Under the pieces are notes generated by a model, which ran no database searches, had not been told where the DNA came from, and saw only the letters and a program-made list of their open reading frames with translations. From assembly GCA_905178155.1 (NCBI GenBank), contig CAJINV010000001.1, forward strand, positions 1,371,363-1,435,362: a stretch of DNA of 64,000 bases. Reading direction: 5' to 3'. Source of the DNA: Amoebophrya sp. A120. Its lineage: Eukaryota > Protista > Dinoflagellata. The position numbers and the translations under genes are program-made. Of the stretch, positions 23,418 through 37,600 are shown piece by piece (positions within the stretch are counted from its first letter, which is position 1; each line of letters opens with the position of its first letter).

Positions 23418-26400
23418 ATGGACGCCGCAAACGCGTACAATGGTCAGATCAAGGACGGTCTGTTCCACGGCAAGGGTACCCTCGTGTACCAGGGAAACGA
23501 AAAGTACGAAGGGGACTGGGTCTTCGGAAAGCGAGAGGGAACAGGCAGATTCACGTACGATAATGTTTTATTTTTTAGTGCAGCAGAGTCAGCCCATAAC
23601 TTTTTTCAAAAAGAAACCTGCAGTGCAGGCACGCACCTGTTCGTTCTCGTGATACTACACACACTCGCTTGTTCAGTACATGGTACTCTACGCGACGGGG
23701 AGACGGCAGAATGTCAGTGCATGACACACAAAGCTCTGAAATGTGATTTACTTAAAACCATCGTCCACAGGTATGCCGACGGTGCAATATTTGAGGGGCA
23801 GTGGCAGGATGACAGAATACACGGCCACGGAACATCGCTATTCGCAAGTGGGAACAGGTACCATAATTGTTGCAGGAAAGAAGTAGTTGTACTTTGCAAA
23901 AACTTGCAATTCTCGCGTTTCGAGTTATGTTTTGTCGGAGCAAACTCCTTGTTCGACGGAGGCGATGCCGTCGATCGTGATTACAAGAGAAATCAAAATC
24001 ATGTCTCTCGTTTTGTACTCTGGTTCGGCGCGTCTGCTTGCTGCATGAGAAAATATTGGCCGGGTTGCTCGGGACTTGGCATCCCGAGCCCCAGAGCCTG
24101 AGGGGCCGCCGTGTCTGGTTGCTACTTTCTGTTTGTGCTGGATAGTCGCCCGCGGATGGGGATCCTTTTTTTCTTTTCTTTTTTCATTTTTTTCATCTTC
24201 TTCATAGCTTCTGGAATTTGTCGGAACGGGATTGATTTGCAATTTTCTTGCAATGGGGACCGATTCCGCGCGCCGGCTTCTGCGCCGGCTCGCTCTGCCT
24301 GCGGAACGGGAATCGATCGCGGGCGTAGCGTTGTATGGAAGGAAACGGCAGCAACCAGACCCGTCGGCGCCCTCAGGCGCGCGGCACAGATTAAATATTG
24401 CATGGCGGAGGCGCGGCAGGGTAGTCAGAATTTCCTTGCTAAACACAGGCCCGCGGAAAGAAGTTTGACGAAGTTAGCGCCAATTTGCTAGCGCTTTGCG
24501 GCCTTTTTTCGCCTGTTCCTTCGAGATGAAGTAAAAAAAACTGCGAAAAATAATGACAAAAAATTCGACAGCATGCAAGACAATGCAGAGACCGCATTTG
24601 TGGACATGTGCGTCGCGCGCATGTCGGGCCAACATTGCTGTGCGCTGGCCTGCTGCCACGGCACAAAAGTAATGTCGTGGCGATTTGCGCGACAATTCAC
24701 AACTGTACTTTCCCTTTCTTTCTCAGGTACGAGGGTAGCTGGGACAACGGACGCATCAACGGTTACGGAAAGCTAACGTACAGCAACGGAGACGAATATG
24801 AGGGAGAATGGCAGGACGGAAAGATGCACGGCCGTGGTGTGTACCGCTACGCAGAAGGCGACGTCTACAGCGGGGAATGGAGGGAAGACAAGAGACACGG
24901 GAAGGGAACAGTCACGTACGTGAGCAGCAAGGTATCAACACTTTTGCAACGTCTACTGTACCTAGTCACCCTAGCTCTCTACAACTACTTCTATGAGTCT
25001 GTATTTGCCGGACTTACATCCTGGTATTTCTATTTTCCTGTGATCTTGTTGACAGCGGATGCAAGGAGTCATCACTTTTGTGCAACAACTCTTTCTTCAG
25101 GGCTCCGTTGTCGAGAAATACGAGGGGGACTGGGTAAATGGAAAGATGCACGGCCACGGGAGGTATCAGTATGCCGTATGAGTAGAGTGCACAACTCCCC
25201 CTCCCCCTCATTTGTCATGCAAAATACCAAATCCACACTTTGACTTTGCATCTTGGCCCTGTTCGCATGACAAATTCTGGCAGCCCAAATAGCACGACAC
25301 TCCTGTGCAATTTTGTCATGCAAAACCTGCATTCTTGCTGGCACTTGTGCTGCTGCTCCTACTATACAAATGAGGGGGAAGGGGAGTTGTGCGCTCTCAT
25401 ATGCCGACGGCGGAATCTACGAGGGGAATTGGATTGACGGAAAAATGCACGGAAAGGGCATGTACTACTTGCTTCGAGCGATAATATCGCTCTTGAAATT
25501 TGGTTGTCGCTGTCGGCCAATCTACTACTTCCGAATCTGTTCAGCTGTGAAGTAGTTCAATGTCCTCTCCCACGGAGTGATACAACTTTTCTGCTGCACG
25601 ATACATCCCTGCTCTGACTGATTCCATCCACTGGCATTCCAATATGAAAAAACAAAATCAGATATGTCTTCCCTAATGGCAACGAGTACGACGGTGAGTG
25701 GGCAAACGACATGAAAGAAGGCTACGGCATTCTCACCTACAAAAATGGGGAGCGATACGAGGGTTACTGGAAAGCCGACAAAGTGCACGGAAAGGGAACG
25801 CTTGTCTACACGTATAATGGTCTTTGCTTTTATTATTTTTTCCGCACAAGGCCAAGAAAACGACGTTGCCTCTCTCTCATTGCAGAAGTGCGTAATTGTG
25901 CCTCGGACGGTCATCTTCAAGCCCTGTCTTTATTTTCACTATCTCTGTACTAGATGAACGAAGGGACGGGGAGTACTAAACTGCTTCGCAAAGAAAATAA
26001 AACAGGTACGGCGACCAATTTATCGGCGACTGGGTCGACGCAAAGAAGCACGGCTATCAAATGCAAATATGTCTGGGTCTGGAACAAAGCAACTTGTCAT
26101 GCTAAAGCTGAATCACTTAAAAGTCTGCGTTGCATGATTACCAAAAGCTGTCCACTTTCGACCTAATCGAGAGGCAGTTTCTCATGCAGGATAGGCATGG
26201 CAGAACTCTCACAGAATCTTCTATCTGTCATGCTATGTCCTACATTTCAGGTCTCATGGCTCATGGAAAACCTGCATGACAAGTATGGCACTCTTCCAGA
26301 CCCAGACATGTTTGCAGTTGATAACGGCGAGGGTGAGTTGATCTACTCAAACGGCGATCGCTTCCGAGGACAGTGGGTGGACGACCGAGCTTGCGGCTTT

Positions 26401-27195
26401 GTATGCAAGAAAAAAACTATGTGAGTGTAAATCTGTGATGCAAAACACACAACACAATATACACCTGTCATGCTGGTCAGCCATCAACTCCTGTTTTCGT
26501 ATGTGTTTTTACGTACAGCCTGAGCATGACAGGTTTTCTTTGTCATGTAGAGCAAATTTGTCATGCTGTCTCTCCAAGACACCTACACTAACACAGCTTT
26601 TTCCTTGTATACTTTGGCGTCTTTGCGTATTGTGTTCTTTTTTGATTTTTGCAGCATGATCGATCCGATCCCGGTTTTTACAAGTGGTAAAAACAACTGC
26701 AGTTGGCTCCTGCGCATAAGTTATTTCCTCGTTGCAGGCCGCCAGATGATAAAATTGCATGAAAAAACTTATGTATTGATCTTGATCGCAGGTACGCGAA
26801 CGGTAACCGCTATGAAGGTCAATGGATAGACGACAAAAGGCACGGAAGAGGGCAGTTCGTTTGTGCGCAGGACGGAGCCACGTATTAAAATCGGCTTTTG
26901 AAGATGATGCTGCGTTGAAAGAGAAAGTGTTTTTTCTTCAGTAGGTAGTCAGTTTCTCATCTTTCATGATAGGAGTAGTTTTAAAAATGGTCCACCCTAA
27001 CAAGTATAAAGAAGAAGAACCCTTACCGAAAACAGCTACGACGGTGAGTTCGCAAGTGGGCGGAAAGAAGGGCGTGGCTTGCTGAAGTTTTCCAACGGAC
27101 ACATTTTGTCTGGTACCTGGCAGCATGGTGACCTGAAGTCAACGCAAGACTTCGTTTTCGCGAACGATAGCCCGTGGAAGAACCCCGACTTGTAA
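23418..27195 (+). CDS. MORN1: MORN repeat protein 1 (363 aa, 11 exons)
   Basis: Exons 23418-23554, 23771-23857, 24727-24931, 25101-25176, 25407-25461, 25662-25811, 26006-26054, 26329-26401, 26617-26626, 26792-26881 and 27036-27195 total 1092 nt. Uninterrupted YEGxWxxGKxHGxG repeats, ending DSPWKNPDL. 7 GT-AG introns plus 3 introners. Confidence 0.92.
25177..25401. mobile_element. Introner F5 in MORN1
   Basis: TIRs; DR tgccg; restores YADGGIY. Confidence 0.92.
26055..26323. mobile_element. Introner F1 in MORN1
   Basis: TIRs; DR acggc; restores KKHGEGEL. Confidence 0.92.
26402..26611. mobile_element. Introner F7 (TIR TAT..AGGAAAAAAACTGTGTAAGTG-type) in MORN1
   Basis: TIRs; DR ctttg; restores CGFGVF. 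Confidence 0.9.
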
Positions 27196-27879
27196 ATAAA
27201 TCACAGGAGTCGTGGAGGCCGTCGTTTCCGGAGAAAGAGCAAGAATTATGTCGGGAAAAAAGTAAAAAGTAGAATCTATACGCAAAATCTTATGATGAAT
27301 GAAATGCTAATTATGCCAAGAATGTACTATACGCCAAATAGATTCGTCTATCGCAGGATGAAGATGAGCGCGTATCTTTCCTCTTATTCAACTTCTTGCG
27401 CGCCCAAGGAGTAATTGTTGCGTCATTGCGATTTTACAAAGATGAAAATCGTGCTCCTTCCGTGTCTTTCCAAAGATGAAAGCAAAAGAGACTATTGATG
27501 ACGCAACGTACTGCACAGGATGGTGATGAACGCACCCGCATATTATGATAATACGATGGAACAACAGATCATTTGCAATCTGTGCCACTACCAGTGAACT
27601 GTTTTACCGCCTGTAAACAACCAGATGACTCGTCGCGTGCTCGTTACATCGCAACGCGAGCGGTTTTTTCCTTTTCTCCGTGTCAAAATTTATTTGACTC
27701 CAATGCCATGCGAAGGCATGGCTGATATGTTGTAGTCAGTGGTTTAATACTAGAAATTGAACCAGGAGGAGAAGTAGTAAAGTTCTTTTTTTCATGTGGT
27801 GTCCGTCGAAGGGCCTGTTCGTGTGGCCGTGAGCTGTGATATTAAGAGTCCCTGCGAACAATATTTCGTCGGAGTGAAG

Positions 27880-28089
27880 TATCCAGGAAAAAAACTGTGT
27901 AAGTGCAAATCTGTGATGCAGAACATGCAACAGAGTATACACCTGTCATGCCAGACAGCCATGAAGTCCTCTATTCGTGTGTGTTTTCCCTTACAAGCCA
28001 CGCATGACAGGTTTTGGCTGTCATGTAGAGCAAATTAGTGATGCTGTCAGCCAAAGATAGTTACACTAACACAGTTTTTTCCTTCGATA
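27880..28089. mobile_element. Introner F7, host gene unclear
   Basis: TIRs; DR tgaag; close relative of 26402-26611. Confidence 0.85.
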
Positions 28090-28695
28090 TGAAGACCACA
28101 CCGGTTGATGGCAAGAATATGCAGAGCGCTGCCATGCGATTGACATCGCATGCAGAATGACAACGATATGCAGTTGCAGACAAATACAGAACCCACTTAA
28201 ACTGCATCGTGATAGATTAACAAAACAAACATAATCAACCAAAAGCAAAAGTGTCAGCTCCAGCACTGTGCGGCTTCGACCTGCTGTCGTGCCCTCACAC
28301 GAGGACAAGGGTTCACTTGTTCCGCGCGAACGAGCATGGATTTGATCCGTGATAAAGATCCGCTCTTTGGACTATGGATCACGGACAAGTTAGGACGACG
28401 AGAGCGATCCGTTTATGATCGAGCATTTCCAAACAGCTGCCTTTTTGCCTCTATTAACGACGCGCAGCGACCAGGAGACCGTGGGTAACGGTCCGGATCT
28501 CTGTAAGTACTCACTGTTTTGCTATTGAAGGTCGTTGATGAGAGATGGCTTTTCGTTCAAGTAAGTGAGTCACCAGTGTAAGTAGTATCTATTTTATCCC
28601 CTTGTCAAACATTATCACATTGACCTTTCTGCTGAGATTTCCTTTTTCATTTCCTTTACACATATTATGAAAATTCGACATCAAACTAAGAGAAA

Positions 28696-31600
28696 ATGGA
28701 TGGCATGGAGGAAAACAACCCGGAAGACCAAGCGCCCGACTTGTTTCTCACCGACGCCAACCTGATCGCCGACTATGACTTGGTGGGCAACTACACAGCG
28801 GTGGCCTCACCCGCCGAGGATGCAGCCGCGCTGCGAGATGAACATCAAAATAATGGCGAGGTTGACCACGATGAATCGCCCTCGGCATCGGACGAGGACA
28901 GTGCTGGCGGAGAGGGCAATATCCCACGAAAAATCTGTTTCACTGTGATGATTTTGCAAGTTTTGCATCACAAGTTTGTTCGGCATCTCCACAAAGTAAG
29001 TTTGTCATGCGAGCGACCTTCTAAGGGACAACACGCCTAAAATAAGATGCATTTTCTTGCATGTGATGTAAGTAACAAGACAAACCTTTTTGCAATGCAC
29101 TTTCTGCATTAGAAACAGTTTTTTCTCGCGATAAACAATTCCGACGATGTTGGCCAAGAGGATGAAAACTCGGTGGACGACACCCTGCACCGTCTCCTCG
29201 ACGAGGACGAGGAGGACTTTTCGTCGGAGGCGGAAGGCCAGCAAACCTTCGTGGACTTGGAGGTTGGGCAGGACTTCGAAGATGACCACTTTCTCGGTGG
29301 CGTCAAGGTGAGCAACGCGGCGAAGCGGCAGAAACTGGACGACATGGCGAAGCGGAAAAAGGGCACGACTCTACCCCTCGGTGGTATGGATGTGTCAGGT
29401 TTGAAATCGTCAAAGTTGAAACAGTTTGTCATGCATAAAACGGATACCAGTGAGACCTACAGCGTGTAGTCGGTGCATGACAAATTTTCCCGGTCCTGGA
29501 AGCGAGTCTGTCATGCGGTTTAGGGCAAAAGAGCTGCCTTTTTACATGCTAGTCAGCAGTCCAACTTTTGACCATTACCAGGACTATAATCTGCCTCCCG
29601 TGTGTCCTCTGCAATAGAGTCACTTTCTGTGTCGCATTTCATGCATGACAAAGAAATCATTTCAACTTTGACGATTTCAATCCTGACACTCCCATAGGTG
29701 GTTTCCGCGTCGTCCCCGGAACTACGGGTGCGGCATCGTCGTCCAGCAGTCGACCCCGCCCAGAGGACCACATGCTGCTCGGTCGTCGTGGTCCTAACGA
29801 CGTGGCCGCGAACCGGCGGAGCCGGCTGCGGGGGCTGGGTCACGGGCAGTTTATCGCCGGGGGGTACGTCTTATGAATTGCAAAAGTATCGTACTAGTTG
29901 TATAAATTGCATATACAAATTGGCTCAGCATTACAAATCAAATTTGTAATGCGGATTTGCCTTTAGTAATGCATAACTGCAATTGCTACGAGTGTGATAC
30001 TTTTGCAGAGGATACGTTTCGAAACAGGTGGTCGAATCCCCCGAGATGCAGGCCATGATGAAAAAGGCCAACAAGGAGTACTTCGGCGGACAGTACGCGG
30101 AGTGCAAGCAAACGATCAAGGAAATCACGACGCAGATGGGCGCCGGGATTGTGTCACGCGACGTGTACATGCTGCTGGCGAACGTGCACGAGAAGGAAGG
30201 GCAGGAGGAGAAGGCGTTGATATCACAAGAAAAAAGTGTTACAGTTACACATTTGTTGTAACTTCAGCAACACAAATTTTCTCTGCATGAGAGGGAAAAT
30301 TTGCAATGCACAGAACATAAGGGAAATAAACACGTAGGAAATGAAGCTCGGAAGCACTTCTGGCATGACAGAGGTTGTCTTTCATGCTGGGCTTGCAACA
30401 CAATGCGTAACTGTAACACTTTTTTCTCACGATAGTTGACCACCAAGTACTACTGTTTGACCCGACTCGGCGGGATCAACCTGGAGGACTACAAGACTGT
30501 GATCGCGGCCATGATGAAGAACAAGAAGTTTTACGACGAGAAAAAGAAGGAAATCTTGACCTTGTGCAAGAAGTGTGTGGCTAGCCGGCTCGCCGACGCG
30601 GAGGTGTATACCACCATCGGGAACCTTATCAAATGTAAAAATGTCTGGGTCTGGAAGGATGCAAGGTTTGTCATGCAGGTTTTCCATGGCCCATGAGGTC
30701 TGGAATGCGAGACCCAGCATGACAGATTCTCTGAGGTCTCTCTCATGCCTTTCCTGCAGGAGAGACTCCCTCTCAACTTGGTCAAAAGCGGACAGCTTTT
30801 GGTACTCACGCAACACAGATTTTTACATCATTCAGATTTAGCATGACAAGTTTTAATCTTCCAGATCCAGACATTTTTGCATTTGATCAACCTGTTCGAG
30901 AAGCAAAAGGACTTGCATTCCGCTTGCAACTATCATGTGCAAAAGTATCGTGCTCGTATTGCAATCATGCATTACAAATTTTTTTCCGAACGCTAATTAG
31001 CATTAGAAATTTTATTTCTCATGCTGAGGAAATTTGTAATGCATTCATACGAGTGCGATACTTATGCAATGCATAGCAACCAGGGCTACCTCCGGGCGTT
31101 TGCTGTCGCGTACAGTGGCACCAACCGGGGGAGTGGTTCTACTAGTACTGATCATGGGCGGGCTCCTGCTCCGTCCTCGTCGGCCGCAGCTGGCCAAAAT
31201 TTGGCATTGGCAGGCGGAAAGAACAATAGAGCGACAAACGACAAAAAGGCCGCTGCCGCTGCAGCAAAGTCGGCAACTACTGCAGCAAGCGCTAGTACAA
31301 CTAGTAGTGCAACCACGACAAAATTGTCAACAACAACATCATCAAAGCAGTCCGTTGACGCTGCGGGAACGGACGCGGCTCGCGTTTTATTTTCCCTCGG
31401 GAGGTGGGATGACTGCGTGCGGATTCTGGAACTTACCGCGGAACGATCGTTGGAAGTCGGCGGCAAAATCTCGGATAACATCCTCCTGCTGTTCGGCGAG
31501 GTTTTGTGTCTCCACCTCCGGGACTTCCGCCGTTGCGTCTCCCTTTTCTTTCGCGCGTGGGGCCTCGCGCGCACCGGCGACTCGCAGACGGACGCGGTGA

Positions 31601-34600
31601 TGATTGGCCCGGGCCGGGTCATCCGCCGAGTGTTTGGGCAGAAGGACCTGGTTATGGATTGCAAATGTGTCTGGGTCTGGAAGAGTGCGAGATTTGTCAT
31701 GCTAGTCTGGCATGACACTGAGCCCTGTATTGCGTGGTCAGCAAGTAGAGGTCCTCTGGTCTGTCCTGCAAAAACGCTGTTTCTCATGCGGAATAAGCAA
31801 CACAAGGCCAGCACGGAAAAATCTGTCATGCTTGGCGGCGCATTTTTACAGTCGTATACCTACTATTCACTAACATGCATCAGAGCCTTCCAGACCCAGA
31901 CATTTTTGCATTTGATACTGGTCCGCCTCAGCTGGCTGGCGATCGCCTTGATCGAACTGGGTCGGTACGACGAGGTGGATATCGCGAGGAAAAATCCCCT
32001 CTCCCCATATCGAAAGGGAAATTTGTGATGCTGTATTTGCGTACACAAATCGAGTTGTATTGCTAAAAAGCCAAGAGACGCAGTTGCGGCCTCCCTTGCA
32101 GGTAATCTGTATCTGTCATGCTGTTTTTCGCTTCCAGTTGCCTCCTGTCATGCTGAAGGCGCAAGGCTTTCCAACACCAGCCGGTACTACGGGCCGCATC
32201 TCTTCCCTTCTAGAATGATAACGTAACTTGTGACTACAAATCATGCTACACAAATCTCCGTTTTGATATGGGGTGGGGGGATGTTTCCTTTTGATAGTGG
32301 ACGAAACGCAGCAGTACCACCGCGGTAGCACCGAAGCCGAGTGCGCCATTTGTGTGGAGGCGGTGAACAGCATCGTGGACCGGACCTCCGTGGAAGACAT
32401 CGCCGGGGAGTCCATCCTGCACAACGTGGTCGACGCACTTATGGAGTTCTCAAACGTTACATTCTCAACTGTTACATAAATTTGTCATGCAAGACGACCT
32501 TAAGCCGCCAGATCGATGATCAAGCTGCTTCGCATGACAAATCTCCGAGAGGCTAAACAGCATCTAAATCTGTGCCAAATCTGTGATGCAAAAGCAGTCG
32601 AGAATGTAACAGTTGAGAACGCCATAGCACTCTTGGGGCAGGAGAAGGTGGAAGCCGCGCATCGCCTGCTCCAAAAGTTCGTGGTCGCCGACCGCGTGTC
32701 GGCGAAAACGAGGGAACGGCTGGGGCAGTGCTGCTACCTCGAGAAGGACTATGAAAACGCGCTGAAGCATTTTGAGCAACTTCTGGACGAGGTCAGCCGC
32801 TCGGAGGAAACCGGCGTGGTGATCGAAAATGAGATGGCCTTGCGGGTGCAGCTGGCGGAAATCTACGTTTTGACGAAGCTATGCATTAGACAAAAGTATA
32901 AGTATCGGACTGTAAAGCAAAAATTGCATGAAGATCTTCACAAACTTTATCGCAAGGCACTTTTATGGAATTTCTCATGGGGATTTTGTATTTCGAGGTA
33001 CTTACTGAAAAGAAGCACACTTATTTTCAACATGCAGAACAACCGCCAATTTTGCTACGAGTGCGAGAGTTGTACTTTTGCACAGGATAGAGGAATTCGG
33101 AACGGTTCGGCAAAGTGCTTTCCTCCGACCTGACCTACGCGAACTATCAAACGCAAAAATGTCTGGGTCTGGAAACTTGTGATGCTGGATGGCGTATCAT
33201 GAGGAGGCCACAAGTGCTGGCTCAGCATGACAAGTTTCTGAGCTTCTAGGTGTTGCCTATTCTGCATGACAAACTGCGTTTCTACATGACAGAAAAGTGG
33301 CGCTCTTGGGCAACATGCATGACAGATTTGAAGGTCATGCCAGACAAGCATGACAAACATGCATTCTTCCAGACCCAGACACTTTTACAGTTGATACGAA
33401 CCTGAAGAGTCTGAAAAAGCTCCCGGCGGCGATGAGCCGGGGGGACCGTATTGAGAGGAAAAATCCCCCCTCGCCATATTGACAACGCATTCGTCTGAAA
33501 ATTTGTGATGCAGATTTGAGGTCACAAATCCTGTCTGTCTTGCAAGAAGGCAAAGCCAGAGAGTCCGCCGCGCTATGCCGGCGGTTTGTGATGCTGAAAG
33601 GCTTACAGAGCCGACATCTGTCATGCTAGTTCCCTACGTCAAAACCCTTCGACCCAGGCTTGGCATATGCCTGCAGTCCTCTCCAGCAAGACAGACCTGA
33701 TTTGTGTACGCAAATCCAGCATCAGAAACTTCGTTTCGATATGGGGAGGGGGGATTTTTCCCTTTGATAGACCGAGACCAGAGTTTTCGGGAGCTGTGGG
33801 AGGCGTTGCAAAAAGCTTGGGAGCTCCACAAGGGGCAGTTGGCAGCTAAGGCTGCAACTACTACAAGGGTGGAACAAGAGAAGAATACAGGGGACGATCA
33901 TGAGGTTCTTCATGAAGGTTTTGGCGAATTATCTTCTAGTACAACGACCAAAAAAACTCCTGCAGCCAGAGCGGGCTCCTCGTCGTCTGCCGGGGCCGCG
34001 GTGCACGACCAGAATAGGAGAAAAAACGACAAAATACAGGTTAATAGAAAAGCATTCGCAGATCATGATCGTGATTTTTTTGAAGTAGATCGCGACGTTT
34101 TGAACCAGCCGAACGAGGAAGAATTTTCTACCGCCGACTCCATCTCCACCTCCAATCTGCTGCCCCAGTCTTGGCTATCCCGGTTTGTGTACCTGGTAAA
34201 CGACTGCGAGCTGGACAACGACCGGGCGCAAACTCAAACTACCAACGCATCCTGAGTAAAAACGTCGCCACCCCATAGTACATAAACACCCCATAGCTGT
34301 AATGCACATCTGCACGCACACGCTGAAAGTGTTTCTCATGCGGACCCCCTCCATGAGAAGCATGCACTAGTCGTGTGTCGAACAAATTTGTCATGCTCCA
34401 ATAAGCATGATGTGCTAGATCTGTGATGCTGCTGAACTAGCTAAACAGGATTACACTACGAGGCATGCATAGCTCCCAAAACTTGGAGACTTGTGTTGCA
34501 GATCATTTGCCAACTTGACTATAATGTGGGGACGTTTTTACATAGGACACAATGCGGTCAGCGCTCTGGTCGAAGAGGAGGAGGACGCGGCTACTGCAAG

Positions 34601-37600
34601 GAGAAATCCCCCCTCCCCATATTGAAAGCGCATCCTTCTGAAAATTTGTGATGCAGATTTGTGGCCACAAGTCGGGTCTGTCTTGCAAAGATGCACGCTC
34701 AGGCTTTCCGCCACGCTATATGAGTAGGCGATTTGTAATGCTGCAATGCCTACAGGGTAGCGTAGCCGTCTACCATGCTAGGCGCCTACACCAAAAGGCC
34801 CTACCTAGGCTTAGGATCTGCGTGCAGTCCTCTACTGCAGCGCAAATCTGATTTGTGTATCCAAATCCAGCATCAGAAGTTTCGTTTTGATATGGGGCGG
34901 GGGGATTTTTCCTCTTGATAGCGGCCGTGCTCCCGGTGTGGCGGACCCGAAAGCGGAAGCGGGACAACAAGAAGGCCGCGGAACAACAGAAGCTGCAAGA
35001 ATCCGGCGCGACGACGGCCCGGCGGCGGGTGTTGTCGATCCAGGAGAAGCGGAAGCTGCTCGCTTTAGAGGGAATCGAGGACATCTACGGCATGGGCATC
35101 TGGCTGGAGTTTGTCCGCTTCGGGTGCGAGTTTGCCGTTTCGGAAATCTTCGGCCGGCCCGATCTCGGGGTGGACCTGCTGGTATCAAAATGAGAAATGA
35201 TCCCCCTAGTGCCCAATACTCAAGCTGAAAATTTGTGATGCTGATTTGTGGCAGAAAATCATGTCGTCATGCTAGGTAGAAGGCAAAATGTGCGGAATGC
35301 AGTGCTGGCTGGCGTAGGAACGCCTTGCGTCTTGTTCAGCATGACAGGAAGCAACTGGAAACGGGAAACAGCATGACAAATTTCCTGCAAACGAGGGAGC
35401 AACTTTGTCTCTTTGCCTTCTAGCAATACAGGTCGACTACAACTTGTGTACTCAAATACAGCAACACAAATTTCGATTTCGTGCTCAATATGGAGCTGGG
35501 GGATTTTCCTCACAATAGCTGGAAACCGTGATCCACAACCGCCGCGCGTTTCTTATGGCGCTCTCAAACGTTACATTCTCAACTGTTACATGAATTTGCC
35601 ATGCAAAAGCACCTTAAGCCGGGCGGCAGATGATCGAGCTGCTTCGCATGACAAATTTCGGGAGGGCTAGACAGCATCTAAATCTGCGCCAAACTTGTAA
35701 TGCAAAAGGCGCAATCTTCCTCCTTCCAATTTTGCCAGTCTTGCATTACAAATTCATGTAACAGTTGGGAATGTAACATTTGAGAACTCCATATTTCTCG
35801 GCCGCAGCAAGGCCGCAGCCCGGGGGATACCGGAGCTGGAGCGGACGTCGATGCAATTAGCCTTGCTGGCGCAGCGTTCCAAGATCGCGTTTCGCTACAT
35901 TCGCAAGCTCGCGGTGGACACACAAGTCGGAACGGTGAACGAGCGCGTGATCGCGCTCCTGGGCCGGCTGTTGGCCAGTTCCGAGCTGGCATTCGACGCG
36001 CGCCGCGAACTTTCGTCCTCGCTCGGGCGCGACCGCGGAGAGACGGCTGCGAAGAAACGGAAGGAAAAACACGGCGCGGAGGTGAAACAGATGAAGCAAG
36101 CTGCTTCTACTGTCTCATCTTCCAGCGGCGGCGCACAAGGTGGACTACACCATAGTGCAAACAGAGATCATGGTGGTGCCACGACGACCGCAGACGGGAC
36201 GACGAGCAAGCAGTCCCGGAAGCCCGGCGCGTTGACGGACCGCGAGCGGAATGCGTGCATTTCCGACTACCAGAAGTGGGCGTCGTATCCTGAGTAAAAA
36301 CGTACCCACACCAGAGTTGTAATGCAGATTTGCAAAGACAGGAAGACATGTAATGCGCATCCCCATGAGAGCCATTTCCAATCGTGTTTTGGAATTTGTC
36401 ATGCTGTGAACAGCATGAGCAGATGAATCTGTGACGCGGCTGCACTTGCTAACCAGCACTACACTGCGGGGTGCAATTTGTCATGCGTGACTCCCAAAAC
36501 TCCTAGGTTTGTGTTGCAAAATCCCCCTCCTGACTCTGGTGTGGGGACGTTTTTACTCAGGATACGTCGCGGCACCTGTGCGCGAACCCGAAGTCCTGGG
36601 GCCTCATGATGCTGGTCGGCCACTGCAGCTGCATGTCGGGCCGGAGTCGGTACGCGGCCAAGGAGTACGCGCGGGCGGCCGCGGAGTGCCCGCTGAACCC
36701 GTTGACGCACCTATTACAGCGAAAAGTGCCCCCCACCCCTGAAATTGCAAAAATTTGTGATGCGAAGTCTCCAAATGAAAACTTTTTGTCATGCATGAAA
36801 GGAGTATGAATCTTTCTGATGCAGAGTCTAGGCGTGTATCGCATCGCTTGCATAACAAGCGCCGCTTTTGCTGGGGTCTTTTGCAATACAAATTTTTGCT
36901 ATTGTTCACGATGGAAAACCTGTGATGCTGATAGATGCAAGAGGGCGAATGTTTCATTTGGAAAGGTTTGCAATACAAATGCTCCCAAGTTCGGGGGTGG
37001 CGGCATTTTTCATTGTAATAGCACCTGTGCCTCGGCGCCAATCTGCTTTCCACCGCGATGTCGCGCACGACGAACCGCAGGCACGCCGAGGTATTGCGCG
37101 GCTGGCTCGCGCTGCGGAAATACCAAGAGCTGCGGAGATCCACGCACGAAGCACTATGCATTCGAAATATCGGAGATCTGCGTCTGGAAAGGTTCTTGAA
37201 CCTGGTGTACGTAGGTTGTATTGCGTGTCTTACATTTTATTCGTGAAAAATCTGTATTTCGTAAGGCAGCAAAACAAGCACGATGTATATGCAATGCCAC
37301 AGCTGTTTATTGGAATTATGCGCACTTCTACGCATGAGAAAGAAAACCCTGGCACGCTTGACCACGCTACTTCAAGGCGCACTCAATCGTGACCATTCAG
37401 CATTTCTACAGGTTTCCAGAGAAGCAGCCTGGAGATTTGCAATGCATAAGCAGAGACGTGGTACAACGTCGGCCGTGGGCACCACCTGCTGGGGATATTG
37501 AAGTTTGCCATGCACTTATCCAGGAAAAAAAGTGTGTAAGTGATGGACTTAACTTTGTAGGATGAGTAGAAGCATCTATCTTCACAAATTCGCTTTGCAT